DNA of 64,000 nucleotides. Source: Candidatus Eisenbergiella intestinipullorum (GTDB lineage: Bacteria; Bacillota; Clostridia; Lachnospirales; Lachnospiraceae). Below, piece after piece: positions 45,129 to 53,800 of the stretch. Numbering within the stretch: position 1 is the first letter of the stretch; every line of letters begins with the position of its first letter. The position numbers and the translations under genes were made by a program. Location of the stretch: the NCBI GenBank assembly GCA_019119815.1, contig DWWH01000006.1, positions 130-64,129 on the forward strand, in the 5' to 3' direction. The notes under the pieces were generated by a model, which did not search any database, was not told where the DNA came from, and was given only the letters and a program-made list of their open reading frames with translations.

Positions 45129-46852
45129 TACAGTCCCGCTCCTTCCTGCTGCGAATAATAGATCTCCTGATAAACGGAATCCTTTTTCAGAAGCTCCTCA
45201 TGGGTTCCCACAGCGTGCACCCTGCCGTCGTCCAGGATGATGATCTGATCCGCGTGCATGACGGAGGTGATCCTCTGGGCGATGATGATCTTCGTCGTCC
45301 CCGGAAGGCTCTCGGCAAGCCCCTCCCGGATCCTCGCTTCCGTCGCCGTATCCACCGCACTGGTGGAATCGTCCAGGATCAGAACCTTCGGCTTTTTCAG
45401 GATGGCCCTTGCAATACACAGACGCTGCTTCTGGCCGCCGGACACATTCACGCCGCCCTGGCCCAGATCCGTCTCGTAGCCGTTTTCCAGCCGGCCGATA
45501 AATTCATCCACACAGGCGATGCGGCAGGCCTCTTCGATCTCCTCCCTGGAGGCGTCCTCCTTTCCCCAGCGCAGGTTCTCGATCACCGTTCCGGAAAACA
45601 GCGTATTTTTCTGCAGCACCATGGCGATGGCATCCCGCAGAGGCTTTAAGGGATATTCCTGCACCCGGTGCCCGTCAATCCGCACCTCTCCCTGCGTTGC
45701 GTCATAAAGCCGGGGGATGAGCTGCACCAGCGTGGACTTGGCGGAGCCGGTCTGACCGATAATTCCCACAGTCTGGCCTGCTCCGATATGCAGGCTGATG
45801 TCGGAAAGCACATATTCCTGCGCGTTTTTGCTGTATTTGAAAGAAACATGATCGAACACGATGTCGCCCTGCTCTACCCGGATGTCCTTCGCTTCCTCTT
45901 CCGTGATGTCGGGCTGCTCCTGCATCACCTCTTCGATCCTGCGCCAGGAGGTCAGAGAACGGGTGAACATAAGAAATACGTTGGAGATCATCATCAGAGA
46001 ATTCAGGACCTGCAGTACATAGCTCAAAAATCCCGTCAGCTCACCCACCTGCATGCCGCCCACCTGGATCAGATTCCCGCCGAACCAGAGAATACACAGG
46101 ATCGTCGCATACATCACGAACTGCATGGCCGGCATGTTCAGAGAGGCCACGCGGAACGCCGTTTCCGAGGTAGTGAGCAGCTCCGTGTTCACCGCGCCGA
46201 ATTTTTCCATTTCGTAGTCGCCACGCACATAGGACTTCACCACCCGGATCGCCGTCAGATTTTCCTGGATGATCCGGTTGACCAGATCCACCGCCTTCTG
46301 CATCCGTCCGTACAGGGGACGGACATGGGTAACGATTTCAAACAGCAGAATGCCCAGCACCGGGGCCGCGATCAGAAACACCACCGCCAGCTCGCTGTTG
46401 ATCCGAAAGGACACCGTGATGGCGGTCAGCATCATCACCGGCGCCCGGCAGGCAGGCCGCAGGCCGTTGGCGATGGAATTCTGAATATTGGTCACATCTC
46501 CGGTGAGCCTGGTGACCAGGGATGAGGTCCGGAACCGGTCCGTATTGGAAAAGGAAAACTGCTGGAGCTTTCTGTATTCCTCCTTTCGGATCTGCGCGCC
46601 GATTCCCTGACCGCAGACTGCGGCAAACCGGGCGCTTCCGGCCCCCAGCAGCATGGCGGCCACCGCACAGGCCGCCATCTGGAACCCCTTCATGAAAATA
46701 TAGGGCTTATCCGCATTCGCCACGCCGATGTCCACCATATCCGCCATGATCATGGGGATGATCAGCTCCAGGAAAGCCTCCGTCACGATGCAGATCACCG
46801 CAAGGATGGTTGCCGCCCGATAGGGTTTCGCATAGGATAACAATCGCTTCAT
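45128..46852 (-). CDS. ABC transporter, fused permease/ATPase (partner half-transporter)
   Basis: GQTGSAKSTL, VSGGQKQRLCIARA, LILDDSTSAVD. Its stop overlaps the start of the downstream half-transporter, which suggests a heterodimeric exporter. Confidence 0.9.
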   Translation of the reverse strand: MKRLLSYAKPYRAATILAVICIVTEAFLELIIPMIMADMVDIGVANADKPYIFMKGFQMAACAVAAMLLGAGSARFAAVCGQGIGAQIRKEEYRKLQQFSFSNTDRFRTSSLVTRLTGDVTNIQNSIANGLRPACRAPVMMLTAITVSFRINSELAVVFLIAAPVLGILLFEIVTHVRPLYGRMQKAVDLVNRIIQENLTAIRVVKSYVRGDYEMEKFGAVNTELLTTSETAFRVASLNMPAMQFVMYATILCILWFGGNLIQVGGMQVGELTGFLSYVLQVLNSLMMISNVFLMFTRSLTSWRRIEEVMQEQPDITEEEAKDIRVEQGDIVFDHVSFKYSKNAQEYVLSDISLHIGAGQTVGIIGQTGSAKSTLVQLIPRLYDATQGEVRIDGHRVQEYPLKPLRDAIAMVLQKNTLFSGTVIENLRWGKEDASREEIEEACRIACVDEFIGRLENGYETDLGQGGVNVSGGQKQRLCIARAILKKPKVLILDDSTSAVDTATEARIREGLAESLPGTTKIIIAQRITSVMHADQIIILDDGRVHAVGTHEELLKKDSVYQEIYYSQQEGAGL

Positions 46853-46982
46853 GACTTCCTCCGTCGTTCTTTCATTGCACCATCAATAATATTATTATCA
46901 ATAATACGCAGTGCAATTATTTTATGCTCCTGCGCCCGGAAAGTCAAGTGCGAATCTGCCGGGAATCTGCAGAATTGCAGGC

Positions 46983-47969
46983 ATGATTTACATTGGTGGC
47001 AGAAGGCATCTGGAAATTTTTACGGAAGTATGCAGGCAGATGAACATGAGGAAGACGGCGGAAGTTCTTATGATCTCCCAGTCTTCAGTCAGTCAGGCCG
47101 TCTCTTCACTGGAAAAGGAATTCGGCGTAGTGCTGTTTGAACGTCTGAACCACAAGCTCTATCTGACCCGGGAAGGGCAGGAGCTTCTGTATCTTGCAGA
47201 ACAGGTTTTGCGAAGCGCAAAACAGCTCGTCCGGCGGATGCAGGGAGCGGAAAGCCGCAATGTTCTCCGTCTCGGCGTCTGCACCACCGTCGGAAGCTGC
47301 CTTGCCTGGCCGCTGACGGATGCCTGCCGGCAGGAACAGGACATCGACTTCCGGGTTGAAGTGGCAAACAGCAAATCCCTGGAAAAAAGGCTGCTGAACG
47401 CGCGGCTGGACCTTGCCGTCATTCAGGCGGGGAAAATATCCCACTACCTGGAATGTATCCCGCTTCTGCAGGACGAGCTGACCCTGATCGCCTGGCCCGG
47501 CCATCCTCTTGCCGGCAGGAAGGTGCCTCTGGCTTCCCTCTCTGAGGAAAATTTCGTCGTGCGGGAAAAGGGAAGCGGAACGCAGATCCTCCTGGAACAG
47601 ACCTTTGCCGGACAGAATCTCCGGCTGAAGAAACGCTGGACCTGCAACAGTCCCGAAGCGGTCAGACAGGCTGTACAGAGAAAATGCGGCATCGCCCTGA
47701 TCTCCCGTTTTCTGATTCATCGTGAACTGCTGGAGGGGAGCCTTTCGGAGATCATTCCGGAGGAAAATCTGTTCGGCCGACAATTCGTACTGGCCTACCA
47801 TAAGGACAAACTGCAGGACCAATGCTTTCAGGGTTTTGTCCGCTTCTGCCGCCGTCTGGAAATGGAGGGGATCCGCGAAATGATCCTCCGGGATGCTGCT
47901 TCCCATATAACAGATACAGAAAAAGACACCGCCGTCATACCGGATCCGGACCGCCTGCCAGCCAGGTGA
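46983..47969 (+). CDS. LysR family transcriptional regulator
   Basis: HTH ..RHLEIFTEVCRQMNMRKTAEVLMISQSSVSQAVSSLEKEFGVVLFER plus a substrate-binding domain. Divergent from the ABC operon. ATG 46983 was chosen. Confidence 0.85.
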   Translation: MIYIGGRRHLEIFTEVCRQMNMRKTAEVLMISQSSVSQAVSSLEKEFGVVLFERLNHKLYLTREGQELLYLAEQVLRSAKQLVRRMQGAESRNVLRLGVCTTVGSCLAWPLTDACRQEQDIDFRVEVANSKSLEKRLLNARLDLAVIQAGKISHYLECIPLLQDELTLIAWPGHPLAGRKVPLASLSEENFVVREKGSGTQILLEQTFAGQNLRLKKRWTCNSPEAVRQAVQRKCGIALISRFLIHRELLEGSLSEIIPEENLFGRQFVLAYHKDKLQDQCFQGFVRFCRRLEMEGIREMILRDAASHITDTEKDTAVIPDPDRLPAR

Positions 47970-48098
47970 CCGCCGCAGGTCCCAAGAACGTTCCGGGGCG
48001 CATCTGCCGAATGGTTGCTATTCCCAGTCCGTTCTGAATCGGCTGTGAACACAGTAACGCTGAATGAAAAAAATTTTTAAAAAAATCGAAAAAAGTAC

Positions 48099-48127
48099 TT
48101 GCATTTTAAAAGAACCTGTTGTATTAT
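48099..48127 (+). promoter_or_regulatory. Sigma-A-like promoter with A/T-rich UP-like region for tRNA-Glu
   Basis: TTGCAT-17 nt-TATTAT about 43 nt before the tRNA 5' end, preceded by GAAAAAAATTTTTAAAAAAATCGAAAAAAG. Confidence 0.6.
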
Positions 48128-48170
48128 AAACAAGTCGCACGGGTGACCGCCCCGAGACAGAACAGAAAGT

Positions 48171-48242
48171 GGCTCGTTGGTCAAGCGGTTAAGACGCCGC
48201 CCTCTCACGGCGGAAACAGGGGTTCGATTCCCCTACGAGCTG
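48171..48242 (+). tRNA. tRNA-Glu (anticodon CUC)
   Basis: Cloverleaf drawn by hand: acceptor GGCTCGT/ACGAGCT (G1-U72 wobble), anticodon arm CCGCC-CTCTCAC-GGCGG (U33, CTC, A37), T arm AGGGG-TTCGATT-CCCCT. CCA is not encoded. Close to the Firmicute tRNA-Glu scaffold. Confidence 0.85.
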
Positions 48243-48275
48243 TTATTCTTAAAAAGAATAGCCCAACCCAAAAGG

Positions 48276-48310
48276 ATGCCGGAAATCAATGAGATTTCGG
48301 CATTTTTTGT
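48276..48310 (+). terminator. Terminator after tRNA-Glu
   Basis: ATGCCGGAAATC-AATGA-GATTTCGGCAT (one bulge) followed by TTTTTTGTTTT. Confidence 0.6.
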
Positions 48311-48393
48311 TTTCAAATGTTTTTCACACCTTCTGAGGCAGAAGCCTTCCGCAGGCATGCCGGACATGCCGGAGCTCCGGCCCCCCTGAACGG

Positions 48394-48669
48394 TCAGTCC
48401 GTTTTCAGAAGCCGGAGCTCGCGCAGCAGCTTGGCGCTGTCGATCATTCCCTGCAGGTATGCCATTTCGATCAGCCTGCCGGAGCATTCGTTCTGACAGT
48501 CCGTCAGTTCTTCGATCTTCTCATGATATTCTTTTGGAACGCTTCCGTAACATTCCTCGGATGCCTTCTCCTGCCTGCTGCTCAGTTCCAGATATTCCGG
48601 ATCAGATAAAAAGACCTCCTGCAGCCTTCCTGATATGACACAGTCCGCGATCTCATCAAGTATATGCAT
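48394..48669 (-). CDS. Small hypothetical protein (91 aa)
   Basis: ATG 48669 is preceded by CAGGAGGG. MHILDEIADCVISGRLQEVFLSDPEYLEL...EMAYLQGMIDSAKLLRELRLL. It vaguely resembles small helical proteins of Clostridial mobile regions; no firm assignment. Confidence 0.5.
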   Translation of the reverse strand: MHILDEIADCVISGRLQEVFLSDPEYLELSSRQEKASEECYGSVPKEYHEKIEELTDCQNECSGRLIEMAYLQGMIDSAKLLRELRLLKTD

Positions 48670-49031
48670 AGTCCCTCCTGCCCGCACGCTTCGTGCGGAT
48701 CTTTCGTATTTGGCAAAAATCACCGCATGTTTCTTTCGGCCCCTTCCGGCAGGGATGCCGCATCTTTTCTTCCAGTATAGCATCATCATCCCGGAATGTC
48801 AGCAGAAGAATGCCGGCCTCCTGCCGCAGCGCATTCTCCGGGACCTTTGCCTGCCGGCATGGCCGCATCGTATTCCCGCCGTCATTCCGGGTGAAAACAG
48901 GCAATCGGATACCAGAAAAAGAAACAGATAAAAAACGGTAAGGGGAAAATAGAAAGAAAAAAAGACTTCCGGATCAAAAAGAAAGGGGAGAGCGCGGCCG
49001 GAACCGCCGCATCGCTTCTCGAAGTGTTTTT

Positions 49032-49060
49032 ATCATACCATCCGAACCAAAAACTGTAAA
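49032..49060 (-). promoter_or_regulatory. Sigma-A-like promoter element next to MITE copy 2
   Basis: Minus strand: TTTACA-17 nt-TATGAT with TGg extended -10. It is about 360 nt upstream of the next minus-strand ATG (48669), so its function is doubtful. A second candidate (CTGACA-17-TATACT) lies near 48775-48805. Confidence 0.35.
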
Positions 49061-49082
49061 GGGAAAAGGCAGCTTTTTCTTT

Positions 49083-49217
49083 GTTACAGCTCAGCCTTCG
49101 GCAGATCTGTAACGGCATCCGGCCATTCCAGGCGCTTCGCGCCAGGCCGGATGCTTCCAGCCGGTCTGTTTTCGTACGGTCTGCGCAGGGAATGCGCAGA
49201 CCTGGCTGAGTAGTAAC
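49083..49217 (+). mobile_element. 135-bp MITE-like element, copy 2
   Basis: TIRs GTTACAGCTCAGCC / GGCTGAGTAGTAAC. Flanked by the perfect 8-bp direct repeat TTTTCTTT (49075-49082 and 49218-49225). Confidence 0.9.
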
Positions 49218-49320
49218 TTTTCTTTTCCGTGCCGGCCGGCGGCCGGAACGGGCCCAAACAGAAGCCCGGCATTCCCTGACAGCCCGGGTTTCCAAGCAAC
49301 CGGTGCTTCGCAGCTGTTCC

Positions 49321-50022
49321 TCATGCGTTCACAAGTGCGCGGAACAGGGCAAGGCTGTTTTCATCCTTTCGGAAGGAGTGCTCCGGATGCCACTGCACTG
49401 CGAGGAAAAAGCATTTCCCGGGCATCCAGGCAGCCTCGATCAGGCCGTCCGGAGACAGCGCCATGGGCTTTAAGGAGGGTGCAAGCTTCCGGATCGCCTG
49501 ATGGTGTCGGCTGTTGACGCCCAGCGTCTTTTTCTGAACGAGCTCGAACAGAGGCGTATGCTCCAGAACCTCCACCTCATGCTCGCTTCTGTCAAAGGGC
49601 GGCTTCATCTCATGCTCCACCGCAGACGGATGCTGTGTGGGAAGATCCTGGTAAAGGGTTCCTCCCAGCGCCGCGTTGATAAACTGCAGGCCGCGGCAGA
49701 TTCCAAGGATCGGAAGGTCCCGCTCCAGGGCAGCGTCCAGCAGCAGCTTTTCCATATGATCCCGTTCCGGAATACTCCTTCCGCACTCCGGAAGAGGCGT
49801 TTCTCCATAAAGGGAAGGGGAAACGTCGTGGCCGCCGGTGAAAATCAGGCCGTCCAGACGGTCCAGGAGTTCGGAAATATCTGTCTTTTCTTCCATAAGC
49901 GGCAGCATGACGGGGATTCCGCCCGCAGCGAAAACGCCATCCATATAGCCCGGAAGCATCCACAGGCTTTCTCTGTCCAGGTCAAATAACGGCACCAGGC
50001 CGATGCATGGTTTCTTTTTCAT
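49321..50022 (-). CDS. Gamma-glutamyl-GABA hydrolase-like class I glutamine amidotransferase (peptidase C26)
   Basis: ..GLIFTGGHDVSP.., GICRGLQFINAALGG (nucleophile Cys), ..QWHPE.. (His). ATG 50022 is preceded by AAGGAGAA. Confidence 0.9.
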   Translation of the reverse strand: MKKKPCIGLVPLFDLDRESLWMLPGYMDGVFAAGGIPVMLPLMEEKTDISELLDRLDGLIFTGGHDVSPSLYGETPLPECGRSIPERDHMEKLLLDAALERDLPILGICRGLQFINAALGGTLYQDLPTQHPSAVEHEMKPPFDRSEHEVEVLEHTPLFELVQKKTLGVNSRHHQAIRKLAPSLKPMALSPDGLIEAAWMPGKCFFLAVQWHPEHSFRKDENSLALFRALVNA

Positions 50023-50297
50023 CTTCTGTTCTCCTTGTAGCATTGATGTCGGAATATCTGTTCAAAAATACTTCCGGTCTGTTTTTCATCTCCATAATCC
50101 AGAGGTTCATCCACATAGCACAGCGCGAAAAAAGGGTCAATATTCTGAAGATTTTCCGGCAGGCTTTTCCATAAGCCGTACATTCCGGTGGCGAACGCTT
50201 TTATGTCTGAAGAATGTTCGTAGCTTTCCTGAAGCTTTCGGAGAAAAAGCCTTCCGAATTTCTGCTGATCGAAGCCGTGCGGGATCGATATGGGTTC
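50019..50297 (-). pseudogene. Start-less 92-codon open frame abutting the amidotransferase gene (possible gene remnant)
   Basis: Minus frame EPISIPHGFDQQKFGRLFLRKLQESYEH..GMYGLWKSLPENLQNIDPFFALCYVDEPLDYGDEKQTGSIFEQIFRHQCYKENRR*. Its TGA overlaps the amidotransferase ATG (ATGA). There is no ATG/GTG/TTG before codon 45, and upstream frames are broken by stops. Confidence 0.3.
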
Positions 50298-50470
50298 TCA
50301 GGTAAGCAGCCGCTCTGCCGATGTCGGTTTCCTACTCCAGGTAGAGGTAGTCGTCGTTGGATGTCACTGAGGAAGCATTCGTTGAGTTGACTGCTGTAGG
50401 TGTTTTCATCTGCCAATCCGTGGAAAAACAGGATTGCGGAGGCTAATAATTTTTTTCATAATTGTAAAAT

Positions 50471-50745
50471 GGCGGCGGGGAGATGGGGTGGCCTCTCTCT
50501 GCGCTGTGGGGCCCCCATTTGGAAGTCGCCCTAGCGGGCTCCTTCCTCTGGGGGCAGCGGGGATGAGGCGGCCTCTCTCTGCGCTGTGGAGCCCCCATTT
50601 GGAAGTCGCCCTGGCGGGCTCCTTCCTCTGGGGGCCGCGGGGGATGAGTGGCCTCTCTCTGCGCTGTGGAGCCCCCATTTGGAAGTCGCCTGGCGGGCTC
50701 CTTCCTCTGGGGGGGGCAGTGAGGGGATGAGTGGCCTCTCTCTAC
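50471..50745. repeat. Tandem array of ~80-bp units (3 full, plus partial and diverged flanking copies)
   Basis: Units start at 50490, 50570 and 50650 (80, 80 and 83 bp), with only a few substitutions between units. A diverged fourth unit starts at 50733. Each unit contains a ~43-nt GC-rich hairpin. Confidence 0.9.
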
Positions 50746-50747
50746 GG

Positions 50748-50894
50748 ATGATGCCCCCTGGGATTTCTTTGAAATCCCAGCCCATTCGGAATCCGCCCCT
50801 GCGGGGCTCCTTCCTCATGGGAGGCAGGTGCCAAGGGCAGCCGTTCCTCCATGCAAGCATGGGAACGGCTGTCTTTGGCACCCTGGGGCATCAT
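50748..50894. ncRNA. Predicted four-helix structured element at the polC 3' end (function and strand unknown)
   Basis: 10-bp closing helix ATGATGCCCC (50748-57) / GGGGCATCAT (50885-94) enclosing three abutting hairpins: 50758-50780, 50781-50821 and 50827-50882. Hand-folded only. Confidence 0.3.
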
Positions 50895-53800
50895 ATGGCA
50901 AAATCAAATAGACTGATCTGGTTGGATTCGGGGAGGTCTCCGAGGAGGTGGAGGGAATCCATCAGGTCTACCACGGTCTTGGAGACTTTGGTGCGGTCGC
51001 GGAAGTCGTCTTTGGAGAGGAACGGGCCGTCCTTGGCCGCTTCCACGATGGCGTCGGCGGCTTTTTCGCCGAGGCCGTCGATGCTGTTTAAGGAGGGCAT
51101 GATCTTGTCGCCCACGATCTGGAAGCTCCGGGACTGGGCCTGGAAGATGTCGATGGGAACGAAGTCATAGCCTCTGGCATACATTTCCTGTACCACCTTC
51201 ATGTCCTTCGCGGTGTCCTGTTCCTTTTTGGAAAGGCTGTCCGAGCGTTTTTTATAATCCGCCATGACCGCCTCCAGGTGGGAACGTCCCTGGCACATGA
51301 TCTCGTAGGAGAAGGCGGAGGCGCGGATGCTGAAGTAGGCCGCATAGTAGGCGAGGGGATAGTTCACCTTGCAGTAGGCGATCCTCCAGGCCATCATGAC
51401 GTAGGCCGCCGCGTGGGCCTTGGGGAACATGTATTTGATTTTCTTGCAGGACCAGATGTACCAGTCCGGCACGCCTGCGGCCACCATGGCCTCTTCCATT
51501 TCCGGCTTCAGGCCCTTTCCCTTACGGACGCTCTCCATGATGGTGAAGGCCAGGCTGCTTTCCACTCCCATGCTGATCAGGTAGATCATGATGTCGTCAC
51601 GGGTACAGATGGCGGTGGAAATGGTGGCTTTTCCTTCCTTGATCAGCGTCTGGGCATTTCCCAGCCACACGTCCGTTCCGTGGGCAAGGCCGGCGATACG
51701 GACCAGATCGGAAAAGGAGGTGGGCTTGGTGTCCAGAAGCATCTGCATGGCGAATTCGGTGCCGAACTCAGGAACGCCCAGATTTCCCAGGGGCCAGCCG
51801 TCGATGTCGTCCGGGGTGATTCCCAGCGCCGAGGTGTTCTGGAAAAGGGACATGACCTGCTTGTCATCCAGCGGGATCTTCGTGGGGTCCAGGCCGGTCA
51901 GGTCCTGGAGCATGCGGATCATGGTAGGATCATCGTGTCCCAGAATGTCCAGCTTCAGCAGGTTGTGATCGATGGAGTGGTAATCAAAATGAGTGGTCAC
52001 CGTGTCCGTGGTCATGTCGTTTGCTGGATGCTGCACCGGGGTAAAGGAATTGATCTCCTCTCCCAGCGGCAGCACGATGATGCCGCCCGGATGCTGTCCG
52101 GTACTTCTGCGGATGCCCGTGCAGCCCGTAACGATCCGGTTGATCTCACAGGTGCGTTTCTTATTCCCCCGCTCTTCGTAATAATTTTTCACATAGCCGA
52201 AGGCGGTCTTGTCCGCCAGGGTGGCAATGGTTCCGGCGCGGAAGGTCTGTCCGGCGCCGAAGATCACCTCCGTGTATTTGTGCGCCTTACTCTGGTATTC
52301 CCCGGAGAAGTTCAGGTCAATATCCGGCTCCTTGTCGCCCTTGAAGCCCAGGAAGGTCTCAAAGGGAATATCAAAGCCGTCCTTTTTCAAAAGCTCCCCG
52401 CAGACCGGGCAGTATTTGTCCGGCATGTCGCAGCCCGCCCGTCCTGAGTAGGCCTTCACTTCCGGGGAATCAAAATCGCTGTAATGGCATTTCATACAGT
52501 AGTAGTGGGGACTTAAGGAGTTGACCTCCGTGATTCCCGCCATATAGGCCACCAGAGAAGAGCCCACCGAACCTCTGGAGCCCACCAGATAGCCGTCCTC
52601 CACCGATTTCCACACCAGCTTCTGGGCGATGATGTACATCACGGCGAAGCCGTTGGTGATGATGGAATGCAGCTCCTTCTGCAGCCGCTCCTCCACGATG
52701 GGAGGCAGGTTTTCCCCATACAGGGAATGGGCCTTGCTGTAGCAGATGTCGGTCAGCGTCTTGTCGCTGTCCGGAATCACAGGCGGACATTTGTCCGGCC
52801 GCACCGGGGAAATGGTCTCGATCTGGTCCGCGATCAGGTTGGTATTGGTGATCACCACTTCTTCGGCCTTGTCGCTCCCCAGATACTCGAATTCCTTCAG
52901 CATCTCCTCCGTGGTGCGCAGATACAGGGGCGCCTGATCCTCCGAATCCTTGAAGCCCTTGCCCGCCATGATGATCCGGCGGTACACCTCGTCCGCAGGA
53001 TCCAGAAAATGCACGTCGCAGGTGGCCACAACCGGTTTGTTGTACTGTTCTCCCAGATGCACGATCCGGCGGTTGATGTTCTGAATATCCTCGATGGAGT
53101 TGACCAGACGGATCTTTTCATCATTAATCATGAAGGCGTTGTTTCCCGTGGGCTGGATCTCCAGATAGTCATAGAAGTCCACGATCCGCGCAATATCCGC
53201 CTCGCTCTTTTCATCCAGCAGGGCACGATACAGCTCTCCCGCTTCGCAGGCGCTTCCCAGGATCAGCCCCTCCCTGCACTTTAACAGCAGGCTCTTGGGA
53301 ATCCTGGGCCGCTTCGCGTAATAGGTCAGATGGGATTCGGAGATCAGCCGGTACAGGTTCACCCGGCCCGTGTTGTTTTTCGCCAGGATGATGGCATGGT
53401 AGGTGGGAAGGCGTTTGACGATGTCCGGATTGGAATCGCCCAGCGCGTTCACCTTTTCCAGCGTGTCCCTTCCATCCTCATGAAGCATCCTGCTGAAACG
53501 GACGAAAATCTCCGCCGTGGCCTCCGCGTCGTCCACCGCCCGGTGATGATTTTCCAGAGAAATTCCCAGCGTTTTTGCCACCGCGTCCAGGGTATGCTTC
53601 GCCTGGTGGGGAAGAAGCACTCTGGCGATGCCCACCGTATCCACATAAGTATATTCAAAAGGCAGAGAAAGCCCTGCCGCGTTCTCCCGGATAAAGCTGG
53701 TATCGAAGCCCGCGTTGTGTGCCACCAGCACACAGTCCTCGCAGAAGGCCAGAAACTCCGGCAGCACCTCCCCGATGGGAGCCGCTCCCGCCACCATCTC

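Noticed and set aside
50471-50745. Possible CRISPR array, tRNA-like tandem genes or a repeat protein in the 80-bp array
   Set aside because: The whole 80-bp unit is repeated with no unique spacers, so it is not CRISPR. There is no T-loop (GTTCGA-type) or cloverleaf, so it is not tRNA. The period is not divisible by 3 and the ORFs through it are frame-rotating Gly/Pro/Arg strings, so it is not coding.
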